Positions 32,381 through 41,423 of a DNA stretch of 64,000 nt are shown piece after piece (position 1 is the first letter of the stretch; every line of letters begins with the position of its first letter). Made by a program: the position numbers and the translations under genes. Location of the stretch: NCBI GenBank assembly GCA_965116885.1, contig OZ220741.1:192001-256000 (forward strand), read 5' to 3'. The stretch is from Candidatus Latescibacterota bacterium (GTDB taxonomy: Bacteria; Latescibacterota; UBA2968). The notes under the pieces were generated by a model. It was not told the origin of the DNA. It saw only the letters and a list, made by a program, of their open reading frames with translations, and did not search any database.

Positions 32381-33510
32381 TGCGCCCGTGCCCGATTCAT
32401 ATCTTCAACCGCCTCGGCAAATCGCCCCATTTGCCGAAACGTCTCCGCGCGGAGTTCTCGTGCCCATCCATTTTCGGGATCGATATCCAGCGCCCGTGTA
32501 AAATCTGAAACCGCTGCCTCATACTGCCCCAGCATCCGTCGGGACTCCCCGCGATTTGCCCAAACCCACGCATCGCCATCATCCAGCATCACCGCCCGAT
32601 CAAAATCGACCAGCGACGCCTCGGGATCATTTTCCATCCGCAACGCAACGCCGCGCCCCATAAGCGCCCACAGATGATCGGGAAAATTCTCCAGCGCCCG
32701 TGTAAAATCGCGTATTGCTTCGGCACTTCGCCCCAATTGCCGCAACATATCACCCCGTGCGGCCAACAAATCCGGGTCATCAGGTGCGACGACGAGTGCG
32801 CGGTCAAAATCCAAAAGCGCGTCCTCCAATCGATCGCACTCTCGCAGCACCTCACCCCGCCCGATCAACGCGCCCAGATGATCGGGCATCGCCTTCAAAG
32901 CCTCCCCAAACATCTCCATCGCAGCCTCAGCTTCATCTACCTGTCGATAGATCTCCGCCCGCCCGGCAAACGCATCCGGATGCCCATTGCCCACCGCAAT
33001 CGCCCGGTCAAAATCGACTGCAGCCGCATCGAAATGCCCCAAATGCATCAGCACATGCCCGCGACTAATCAGCGCGCCAAAATAATCTGCATCCAGATCC
33101 AAAACCCGATTGAGATCCCCCAGTGCCTCCTCAAGCCGCCCCATCTCGCGCAACGTCTCCCCCCGACTCGCAAGAACCTGCGTATTTTGCGGATCCAGCG
33201 CAACCGCCTTTCCAAAACTATCTATCGCCGCATCAAACTGCCCCATCAACCCGCAGGCAATCGCGCGATTGCTCCACACCCATGGATCGTCTGGAGCCAG
33301 AGCGATTGCGCGGTCAAAATCCGCAATCGCCGCATCAAATCTCCCCAATTGTCCATAAGTAATCCCGCGCTGAACAAACACCGCTGGATCGCCATCGCGG
33401 ATCGCAACAGCCGCATCAAAACCCGCAACAGCCGCTTCCAGATCGCCGCCATCGCGGTGCGCGATTGCGCGCTTAACCACAGCTTCAAAGTCATTTATAG
33501 ATAGAGACAT
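32377..33510 (-). CDS. All-TPR protein (about 11 repeats)
   Basis: Regular 34-aa repeats (RG....LG....A..DF.RA..L.P). Start set at ATG 33510. ATGA overlap with YcaO. Confidence 0.9.
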   Translation of the reverse strand: MSLSINDFEAVVKRAIAHRDGGDLEAAVAGFDAAVAIRDGDPAVFVQRGITYGQLGRFDAAIADFDRAIALAPDDPWVWSNRAIACGLMGQFDAAIDSFGKAVALDPQNTQVLASRGETLREMGRLEEALGDLNRVLDLDADYFGALISRGHVLMHLGHFDAAAVDFDRAIAVGNGHPDAFAGRAEIYRQVDEAEAAMEMFGEALKAMPDHLGALIGRGEVLRECDRLEDALLDFDRALVVAPDDPDLLAARGDMLRQLGRSAEAIRDFTRALENFPDHLWALMGRGVALRMENDPEASLVDFDRAVMLDDGDAWVWANRGESRRMLGQYEAAVSDFTRALDIDPENGWARELRAETFRQMGRFAEAVEDMNRARAQ

Positions 33511-33669
33511 AAAAGAAAAAAAGGGAACCTCCGAAACAGCCGAAACGTAAACACAATGTAGATAAACCAAACCCCAAAATCAAGCGCAAACCCCGTGACA
33601 TTTTGCACGCGATTTAGTATATTACAGCGGTAAGAGGTAAAGTCCACTAAGGACACGAAGAAACACGAA

Positions 33670-33720
33670 GTAGGGGCGATTCCCTTCTGCCTGTTCGGGC
33701 GAGGCATGCCTCGCCCCTAC
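33670..33720. repeat. GTAG-foot REP-like element
   Basis: GTAGGGGCG...GGGCGAGGCATGCCTCGCCCCTAC. Confidence 0.75.
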
Positions 33721-33743
33721 ATTTTATCTTATGGAGGAACACA

Positions 33744-35054
33744 ATGAAACATCTGCAAATGCGTATTTTCTCTATCGCCCTATTTCTGTGCTTATGCACA
33801 ACCGCTTTTGCCCAACCCAACATTGGGGAAAAAGTAAGCGAATTTCAGCTCCAGGCCCTCGACGGCAGGTTTTATGGCATCAGTCATTCGACTAATACCG
33901 TCTCCGTTCTCTTTTTTGTCGGCTACAACTGAGGAACTTGCATAGGGGCGGGTCCCGCCTTTGAACAAAATATCCACCAACGCAACAAAGATAAAACCGG
34001 CGTACAGATCCTCACACTCGACAGATACAATGGCAACCGCGCACAGGCGCAATCCTATGTGACACAAGCCAGGGTAACGACGCCCATGCTCACCAATGCC
34101 TCTGGCGTCTCCCAAACCCTCGGCACTCGCAACGAAGATATCCTCGTCATCGATCAGGGCGGCATCCTGCGCCTTAGAGCCACAGCAATCGCCTCAGGCT
34201 CTCATGACCTGATCAACGCCCAAGTCGATGCACTACTCAACAAAACGCCTATTATTACCCTATTCCCATCAGAGATCTACTTTGGCAGAACCCTTGAAGT
34301 GGGGCAATCCAAAACCGTAGAATTTAAAATCGAAAACACCGGTGCAGGTCCGCTCGAAATCACCGGATACTCGGCTCCCGAAGGCATCACAATGGAGCCA
34401 TCCACATTGACCATAGCGCCCGGCGAAAGCAAAACCGTACAAATCACCCTGACGCCAACTCAGGCCGGCACATTGTCGGGCAAAATCACCCTCCAACACG
34501 GCGAACAGAGTCTTGGCACACTGGAAATACCCGTACTCGACCTCACCATCGAAGCGCCCCAACTCCCGGTCATTTCGCTGGTTCAGGAAAACTTGAGCCT
34601 GGGTGAAATCGAAGTGGGCAAAGACGTCACTACAACATTCACCATCACAAATACTGGCTCGGGTCCACTCACCATCACAGACATCCAATCCAACATCGCG
34701 GGCATTGCATTTTCAGAAACCCAATTAACAGTGCCACCCGGTCAATCCCAAGACATCACCGTGACTTTCAGTCCGCCAGCCGAAGGTCCCATCACCGGCA
34801 CCATCGACATAACCTCAGACGACCCTGAAAAAGCCTCACTCAGTCTGTCAATCACCGGCTCGGCCATCTTCATCCCCGCTGATCCACGCACCGACTTCGA
34901 CGGTTCGCGCACCATTGACTTCTCGGACTTCCTCTTGTTCGTAAGTGCCTTTGGCACGACCGATGCAACCTTCGATCTCAACGGATCCGGCACTGTTGAC
35001 TTCTCCGACTTTCTCATATTTGTCGCGAACTTTGGGAAAACAATCAACGGATAA
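33744..35054 (+). CDS. Probable selenoprotein: secreted AhpC/TSA-type redoxin (UxxC) + two ASH/choice-of-anchor-D Ig-like domains + dockerin-like EF-hand tail (436 aa)
   Basis: ORFs 33744..33932 and 34059..35054 are in the same frame. Reading through TGA 33930..33932 gives FFVGYN-U-GTC with no further stop. Hairpin just downstream; GGAGG RBS; tail DFDGS.TIDFSDF..F...FG x2. Confidence 0.85.
33944..33962 (+). promoter_or_regulatory. Candidate bacterial SECIS
   Basis: Hairpin AGGGGCGG-GTC-CCGCCTTT; the loop starts with GU, 19 nt after the UGA. Confidence 0.6.
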
Positions 35055-35063
35055 AATCCACCT

Positions 35064-35123
35064 GTAGGGACAACCCCCCGTGGTTGTCCCACCTTCGGGC
35101 GGGCACAGGGGCACCGCCCCTAC
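35064..35123. repeat. REP doublet (GTAG...CTAC)
   Basis: GTAGGGACAACC..GGTTGTCCC plus GGGCGGGCACAGGGGCACCGCCCCTAC. Confidence 0.8.
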
Positions 35124-35192
35124 ATACCCCAAGGTACATCTTTCATATACAACCCCATGCGGGATCATCTGTGTTAATCTGTGTCTCTTCCC

Positions 35193-35882
35193 ATGTCCCA
35201 CCGCCAAACGTTCATCAACGCATTCAAACGCATCCTCGAAATAGCGGATCACGACCATCTCTATTTGCCCTTTCAACGCGACAGCAAATTGCGGGCAAAA
35301 CACTTTCCCGGCGCAGGGTCTAAAATCGGGCGAAAAAAACTCATCGACGCATATCTCCTTGAATTTGGCGGCACCTACCCCGATGAAAAATTGCTCCAAC
35401 ACGCCACCTATCCCTGGATTCACGGGTACGACGCCAGCCTCACGCATATTCTCGATGACCTCCGAAAATACAAAAAAAAAGCTCCCGTCGAACTTCCTAC
35501 GGACCGAAGACGCGCACTCGAAAAGAAATTTACCCGCACGGGAGCCGAAGAAATCTCTGCCTTCTGGAGCGTATATGCCGCCGCCGACAACAGCTATCGC
35601 AAAAGCGTCATAGAAATGCTCGCCCGCGTCAAACCGCCCGAAACGGCCCCTCCGACCATAAAGCCCACAACGCGCGACGCCTCTCAAATCGAACCCACCA
35701 CACAGTCGGGATATGCTTTGATGGGCGCGCTTATCTTCTTTGTCCCCACCCTTATATTTACTATAATACAATATTGGCGACTCCCAAATGAAAGCCACTA
35801 TATCGCCTTATCAATCGCTGGATTTTTTGGGATAGTCACACTCGTATTTCTCATCGACTACTTGCGTAAACGCAACACATGA
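35193..35882 (+). CDS. Hypothetical protein with two C-terminal TM helices
   Basis: Long ORF with coding-like composition; start uncertain. Confidence 0.55.
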   Translation: MSHRQTFINAFKRILEIADHDHLYLPFQRDSKLRAKHFPGAGSKIGRKKLIDAYLLEFGGTYPDEKLLQHATYPWIHGYDASLTHILDDLRKYKKKAPVELPTDRRRALEKKFTRTGAEEISAFWSVYAAADNSYRKSVIEMLARVKPPETAPPTIKPTTRDASQIEPTTQSGYALMGALIFFVPTLIFTIIQYWRLPNESHYIALSIAGFFGIVTLVFLIDYLRKRNT

Positions 35883-35995
35883 CCACAATGAACAAAGGCA
35901 CCTACCCCCGGCCCCTTCCTGAGAGGAAGGGGAGAAAACCTACCATCCCTCGCTTCTTGCCCTTCATCTGCGTCCATCTGCGTCATCTGCGGATA

Positions 35996-37774
35996 ATGAT
36001 CTCCACCGTCCTCTTTCTCACCCTCCCGCTTCACCCCTCGGCAGCCCCCCTCCAGATCGGCGACAGCCTCAATGATTTCGCCCTTGCCGACCTCAACGGC
36101 TCGCCCGTTACCCTCAGTGATTTATCTCAGAACCGCGCACTCGTCATCATCTTCAGCTCCATCGTCTGCCCCGCCTCGCTAAAATACGACATACACCGAA
36201 CACAAATACACGAACAGTATGCCTCCAAAGGTGTACACCTGATATCTGTAAATGCCAACTTTAACGAAACCGACAAAGACATCAAAGAACACCACGCCCA
36301 AAACCCCGTACCCTTCGCTGTCCTGCGCGACCCGCACAACAAACTCGCCGATCATCTCGGCGCAACACATACCCCCCATGCCTTTCTCTTTGACGCCCAA
36401 CGCCGCCTGCGCTACAAGGGCGAAATCGACAACGGCTGGGGCATACCCGAAGACACGACCTCCCGCGGATTGTGGGACGCCCTCGATGCACTGCTCGCCA
36501 ACCGCGAAATTATCAACACCAACCTGCCCAGTTTTGGCTGTGAAATCAGACGCACACCCCGGCCAACAACTGTGGCCAACACCTCCTCCCCAACATTTTA
36601 TCGCGACATCCTGCCCCTGCTCCAAAACCGCTGCCAGAACTGCCATCGCCCTGGCGGTATCGGTCGCGTACCCTTTTTCGACTACACAGAAGTACTCGCC
36701 TGGGCCTATCAGATGCGCGACTCCATCGAAGCCCGCATCATGCCACCCTGGAAAGCGCGCCCGGAATACGGCGACTTCAAAAATTCCCGCAGACTCACCG
36801 ACGCCGAAATACACACCTTCGCGCAATGGGTCAACAGCGGCATGCCAGAGGGCGATCCCTCCGACCAGCCCGAACCTCTCACATTTTCCAAAAGCTGGAC
36901 CCTGGGCACGCCCGATCTGATCCTCGAACCCGAAGCACCCTATTCACTCGAAGCCGTGGGGCGCGATGAATACCGTTGCTTTGTCTTACCCACAAAACAG
37001 GATACAGGCAACTACGTATCGGCCATTGAAGTACTACCCGGAGAACGCGAAGTCGTCCACCACGTCAGCGTGTACATCGACATCTCTGGCAAAGCGCGCC
37101 TGCAACAAAAAAACGCATCCTCGCCGGGCTACCCTTGCTTTGGCGGCATTGGCGTGCCCATCTACGAATCCCTGGGCGGTTGGGCACCCGGCAACACCCC
37201 CTTTGTCCTTCCAGAAGGCACAGGCCGCGATCTACCGCCCAACAGCGACATCATACTTCAGATCCACTATCACAAAATTGGTCGCGCCGTAAAAGACCAT
37301 TCTCGGCTGGGAATCTACTTTGCCAAAAAACCCGTCCAAAAACAGCTCAGAGAAGAAGTCATCAACAGCCGTTTGCTCTTCATTCCGCCCAACATCAAAC
37401 GACACAGAGTAACCGGCGCAATCACCATCACCCGCGACCAGCACCTGCTCGGCATCTTGCCGCACATGCACCTGCTGGGCACAGAAATGAAAATAACCGC
37501 AACTTATCCCGACGGCACGCAACACCCCTTAATATGGGTCAAACCCTATGACTTCAACTGGCAAGAAACCTACGTGTACAAAACACCCATCGCACTCCCG
37601 CGCGGTACCCGCATCGCGCTCGAAGCCTTTTACGACAACTCTGCCGACAACCCCCGAAACCCCAACAATCCACCCAGACTGGTGCGATGGGGCGAAAAAT
37701 CAACCGATGAAATGTGTACCGCATTTCTCTATGTCACGCACGACGATGAAAACTTAACAACAGGTAAGAAGTGA
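35996..37774 (+). CDS. Redoxin + cytochrome c (CxxCH) + copper type II ascorbate-dependent monooxygenase-like fusion
   Basis: VCP..GATHTP..YKGEID..GC redoxin; CQNCH..MPPW; VHH, IHY, PHMH and DEMC metal-ligand pattern. Start set at ATG 35996 because the upstream extension is repeat DNA. Confidence 0.8.
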   Translation: MISTVLFLTLPLHPSAAPLQIGDSLNDFALADLNGSPVTLSDLSQNRALVIIFSSIVCPASLKYDIHRTQIHEQYASKGVHLISVNANFNETDKDIKEHHAQNPVPFAVLRDPHNKLADHLGATHTPHAFLFDAQRRLRYKGEIDNGWGIPEDTTSRGLWDALDALLANREIINTNLPSFGCEIRRTPRPTTVANTSSPTFYRDILPLLQNRCQNCHRPGGIGRVPFFDYTEVLAWAYQMRDSIEARIMPPWKARPEYGDFKNSRRLTDAEIHTFAQWVNSGMPEGDPSDQPEPLTFSKSWTLGTPDLILEPEAPYSLEAVGRDEYRCFVLPTKQDTGNYVSAIEVLPGEREVVHHVSVYIDISGKARLQQKNASSPGYPCFGGIGVPIYESLGGWAPGNTPFVLPEGTGRDLPPNSDIILQIHYHKIGRAVKDHSRLGIYFAKKPVQKQLREEVINSRLLFIPPNIKRHRVTGAITITRDQHLLGILPHMHLLGTEMKITATYPDGTQHPLIWVKPYDFNWQETYVYKTPIALPRGTRIALEAFYDNSADNPRNPNNPPRLVRWGEKSTDEMCTAFLYVTHDDENLTTGKK

Positions 37775-37775
37775 C

Positions 37776-39371
37776 ATGAAAAAACTCCTCAAACTCAGCA
37801 TCCTGATCACCCTGACCCACGCGCCTATCTACGCCCAATGGAACATCGCCGTATTGCCACATGAAAACACACTGGGCGATCCGCAGTGGAATTGGCTCTC
37901 CGCAGCCATTGTCGAAGGATATATCAACGCCTATTACCATGTACCGAAAATACATGCCGTTGACGAAGAATATCTGCGCCACAAACTCGGAGACACCCCA
38001 GTAAGTTCCTCTGATCTCGCACAAAAATTAGACATCCACCTGATTTTAAGTGGGCGTTACGACATTGTGGGATCGCGCATCCAAATCGAAACCGACATGC
38101 TTCATACAACCACAGGCGAAGTCATCGAAACCTTTACAGGTCAGGCATCCATCTCTACGCCGCTCGACGCCATATTGCCCGTGCTCTACGCCATTGCAGA
38201 TCAGTTAAACGCGACCCTGACACCCCATGAAAAAACCCGCCTACAAATCCCCATGTTTCACGATCCACAAGCCCTTCGTATCGCAACCGAAAGCATGGTG
38301 ACACTGTATCGGGCACTGCGACAATCTCCCATTGACGACACGCTACTTACACAGGCTGAAGGCGGTCTAAAACGCGCCGTGCAACGCGATGCCAAAAGCG
38401 CGATGCCCCACTACTATCTCGGACGCATACACGAAACGCGCAACAAAATAACAGAAGCGGAAAATGCCTATCGCAACGCCCTCAAAATCGACTTTGAACA
38501 CGTTGCCGCGCGCTATCGCCTATCTCTGCTCCTCAAAAAGCGCGGACACACAGACGAAGCCATGAACGAACTCGAACAGGCCATCCAACAGTCGCCCATA
38601 AACCCCGATATTCAGGCAGCCCTATCCAGCATGTTTTTCAATCAATACGCCCAAACCTTTGAAACAATCACCACCCAACTTCGCCAGGCCATCCAGGCCA
38701 ATCCCGATGACCCCATTGCTTGTTATGAATTGGCCAATGCTTATAACGAACTCGACCGCATCGACGAAGCCACCGATTACTACCATCAAGCCCTACAACG
38801 CGATTCCACATTCGCCGATGCACACTTCAAACTCGGCCTGATTGCACACCGCAAAGGGAATCACGAAAAAGCCGTTGAGCACCTTCAAAAAGCCGCAGCG
38901 CACAACACCCAATTCACCCGAGTCCATTTTCGTCTCGGCACCATTCTCCACCTCATCGAGCACTATGACGCGGCGATCAAAGCCTTTTCAAAAGCCATCG
39001 AAGCCGAACCCAATTACGTCATCCCGCGCTATCACCTGGGCCTGAGCTATCTCGCAACCGCGCAAACAGATAGCGCTTATGAAGCCTTTCAGAAATACGC
39101 AGAACTCACCTCAGACGATCACCGCCCATATTTCCAAATGGCTGAGATCGCCCGCCAAAAAGGAGAAAACGAACGCGCAATTAACGGGTATATGCGCGCA
39201 ATCGCCATCAGCCCTGTCCACGTACCCTCGCACCTCCGCCTGGGCTATCTCCATGCCGAGCAGCAGCGCTTTGACCTCGCCATCCAGCAATTGCAAACCG
39301 CGCTGCGCCTGCAACCCGATCACCCGGATGCCGAAAAAATCCTCGCCGACATCCAGAAATGGACACCGTGA
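37776..39371 (+). CDS. Secreted TPR protein with a TolB-N/FlgO-like N-terminal domain
   Basis: Signal peptide, IAVLPHEN...WLSAAI, many TPR repeats. Confidence 0.8.
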   Translation: MKKLLKLSILITLTHAPIYAQWNIAVLPHENTLGDPQWNWLSAAIVEGYINAYYHVPKIHAVDEEYLRHKLGDTPVSSSDLAQKLDIHLILSGRYDIVGSRIQIETDMLHTTTGEVIETFTGQASISTPLDAILPVLYAIADQLNATLTPHEKTRLQIPMFHDPQALRIATESMVTLYRALRQSPIDDTLLTQAEGGLKRAVQRDAKSAMPHYYLGRIHETRNKITEAENAYRNALKIDFEHVAARYRLSLLLKKRGHTDEAMNELEQAIQQSPINPDIQAALSSMFFNQYAQTFETITTQLRQAIQANPDDPIACYELANAYNELDRIDEATDYYHQALQRDSTFADAHFKLGLIAHRKGNHEKAVEHLQKAAAHNTQFTRVHFRLGTILHLIEHYDAAIKAFSKAIEAEPNYVIPRYHLGLSYLATAQTDSAYEAFQKYAELTSDDHRPYFQMAEIARQKGENERAINGYMRAIAISPVHVPSHLRLGYLHAEQQRFDLAIQQLQTALRLQPDHPDAEKILADIQKWTP

Positions 39372-40081
39372 ACCTCCTCAAAAAATGTGGTGCTGAATTC
39401 ATCGGCGCATTTGCCATCGTCTTTGGCGGATGCGGAGCCATTGCCATCAATCAGCTATCCGAAGGTGCCATCACCCACGTGGGCATCGCAACATCCTTTG
39501 GCCTCATCGTCATGACAATGGTCTATGCCACCGGGCACATATCGGGCGCGCACTTCAACCCCGCTGTCACCACCGCCTTTGCCTTCACCCGCCACTTTCC
39601 CAAACGCGAAATCCTGCCCTACATCGCAGCGCAATGCCTCGGAGCCATCGCCGCCAGCGGCATTCACCTGTGGTCCCTCGCACCCATCTTAAAAGCAAAA
39701 CACCCACAGCAAACCCTCAACATAGGTGTCACACAACCGATGGATAACCTTTTTGCCACAGCTTTTATCTGGGAATTTTTGCTCACCTTCTTCTTAATGC
39801 TCGTCATCATGGCCGTTGCCACAGACTACCGCGCCACAGGTCAAGCCGCCGGCCTGGCCATTGGCGGCACCATCTGGTTTGAAGCCATGTTTGCCGGTCC
39901 GCTCTGTGGTGCCTCCATGAACCCGGCACGCAGCCTTGGTCCCGCTCTGGCCGCTGGTGATTGGACGCATTTTCCCGCTTATGTACTCGGTCCTATTCTC
40001 GGCGCAACCGCAGGCGCATTTTTTTACGAATTCATCCGCTGTCACTCTGACCCCGGCACCGATGTCAAAGGTTGTTGTTAA
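39359..40081 (+). CDS. MIP family aquaporin/aquaglyceroporin (AqpS-like, possible arsenite channel)
   Basis: SGAHFNPA and SMNPARS motifs; C-terminal CC; followed by an arsC remnant. Confidence 0.9.
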   Translation: MDTVNLLKKCGAEFIGAFAIVFGGCGAIAINQLSEGAITHVGIATSFGLIVMTMVYATGHISGAHFNPAVTTAFAFTRHFPKREILPYIAAQCLGAIAASGIHLWSLAPILKAKHPQQTLNIGVTQPMDNLFATAFIWEFLLTFFLMLVIMAVATDYRATGQAAGLAIGGTIWFEAMFAGPLCGASMNPARSLGPALAAGDWTHFPAYVLGPILGATAGAFFYEFIRCHSDPGTDVKGCC

Positions 40082-40099
40082 TCCATAGAAAGCCATTCC

Positions 40100-40189
40100 A
40101 TGAACCGCGTACTCATCCTCTGCACGGGCAACTCCTGCCTACGAGACCAAATCGCAAACTTCCTCCAGATAAAAAAAGCCTCGAAATAA
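40100..40189 (+). pseudogene. arsC: Internally deleted LMW-PTP-type arsenate reductase remnant
   Basis: Translates MNRVLILCTGNSC-LRDQIANFL..: the N-terminal P-loop joined directly to a C-terminal RDQI helix. Confidence 0.7.
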
Positions 40190-40200
40190 CTCGAGGCTTT
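40171..40200. terminator. Bidirectional terminator-like hairpin
   Basis: AAAGCCTCGA-AATAAC-TCGAGGCTTT between convergent genes. Confidence 0.7.
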
Positions 40201-40222
40201 AAACAAAATATCGAAATTCACA

Positions 40223-41311
40223 CTATTCCCACACCACACGCGGCCCATCCACATAATCCAAAAAGCGATTTGCAATATCGGCCTGCGCCGTATCCTCTGT
40301 GTGAACAATCACGCGCCAGCGAAACGTCATCGACTCGCCATCGGACAAATGGTGATCGGGCTTGAACATCCAGCAATTGGGCGCGAACAACCCATAGCCT
40401 CGCACATGCCATGTGGTTGGATATCGGAAATTCTGCGGATGATCAAAAATGGCAAACCCGGCCACCTCATCGCCCACCGGGCCGTAGTAATCCATCCAGT
40501 GTGAAGGCAGCGACCAGCACCCCGTCTCATCCGTCGCACCATAGGCATTGCGCATCTGTCCATCGGCACTGGCATTCATCGACGGATTCACGCGAATACA
40601 CAAAAATCCACCCTCCTTCGTATCCCCAATCGTCACCGCACCGTGAGAAGCCTTGAGCGTCAGCGCAATATCCAAAACCGCGGCATCTCGCCCCGAATCG
40701 TACAACCGATACCAACGACTATCACTCATCAACGCGCGGTCGCCTTCATACCACGTATTTTCCGAAGCGATCACAAGAGACAATGGATTGTGCAAAATAG
40801 AAATATCATCCTGCGCCGTGCGCCCATATCCCGGTTGGTTGGGCCGCTCATTCCAGCAATCCACCCCATTTATAGCCCCCTGCATCAGGGTCAACCCCCG
40901 CTGCCAGGGATGTTCTCCCTCCCCCCATGCCGCCATCGGCTCACGCAACATATTGGTCCCATTCGGCGTTAAAATCGGATTGATAACCGGCTTGGGATAA
41001 TCCGTCGCATGGTGAAACGTCATAAACGGCGAACCCGAAAGAGAAACACTGAGTTTGCCATCGGCATCGTGCGACGAAATCCCCGCAGCCGCATCTGCGC
41101 TATCCAATGCCAACACCTCAAAACTCGCTTCCTCCCCCCCGTCCAGCGCGGGCAGATTGACGTGATACACAGGCGCAGACGGATCGCGTTCGGCAATCAG
41201 CACCTCACCTCTACCCTTCAACTGCAACAACGGAGCCTCACATCCCTCTGGAGCGGAAAAACTCGCCAGGTGCGCCGGACGAGAACGCGGAATTGAAAGC
41301 GTCAATTTCAT
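40223..41311 (-). CDS. DUF6807 / 'PmoA family' putative carbohydrate-related protein (not a methane monooxygenase subunit)
   Basis: HPWQRGL, TKEGG, WMDYYG, FDHPQN and WHVRGYGLFAPN motifs. Confidence 0.75.
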   Translation of the reverse strand: MKLTLSIPRSRPAHLASFSAPEGCEAPLLQLKGRGEVLIAERDPSAPVYHVNLPALDGGEEASFEVLALDSADAAAGISSHDADGKLSVSLSGSPFMTFHHATDYPKPVINPILTPNGTNMLREPMAAWGEGEHPWQRGLTLMQGAINGVDCWNERPNQPGYGRTAQDDISILHNPLSLVIASENTWYEGDRALMSDSRWYRLYDSGRDAAVLDIALTLKASHGAVTIGDTKEGGFLCIRVNPSMNASADGQMRNAYGATDETGCWSLPSHWMDYYGPVGDEVAGFAIFDHPQNFRYPTTWHVRGYGLFAPNCWMFKPDHHLSDGESMTFRWRVIVHTEDTAQADIANRFLDYVDGPRVVWE

Positions 41312-41405
41312 ATCTCAAAACTCCTCCACAATAATGAAAAAAATGATCCTGCTATTGAAAAAAATGACCAAAAAACGACCAAAATCTGGCACTATTGCCA
41401 AATTA

Positions 41406-41421
41406 TGCAAACACCGTGCCA
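41406..41421 (-). promoter_or_regulatory. Sigma-54 (-24/-12) promoter
   Basis: Minus strand TGGCAC-GGTGT-TTGCA matches TGGCAC-N5-TTGCW, about 95 nt upstream of the DUF6807 start. Confidence 0.6.
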
Positions 41422-41423
41422 GA

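Noticed and set aside
35879..35995. N-terminal extension of the redoxin/monooxygenase ORF
   Set aside because: It is composed of two repeat families; ATG 35996 gives a normal signal peptide.
40223..41311. 'PmoA' family gene plus an HAO-like gene as evidence of ammonia or methane oxidation
   Set aside because: The protein is a soluble DUF6807-type sequence with no TM helices; no amo/pmoCAB operon is present.
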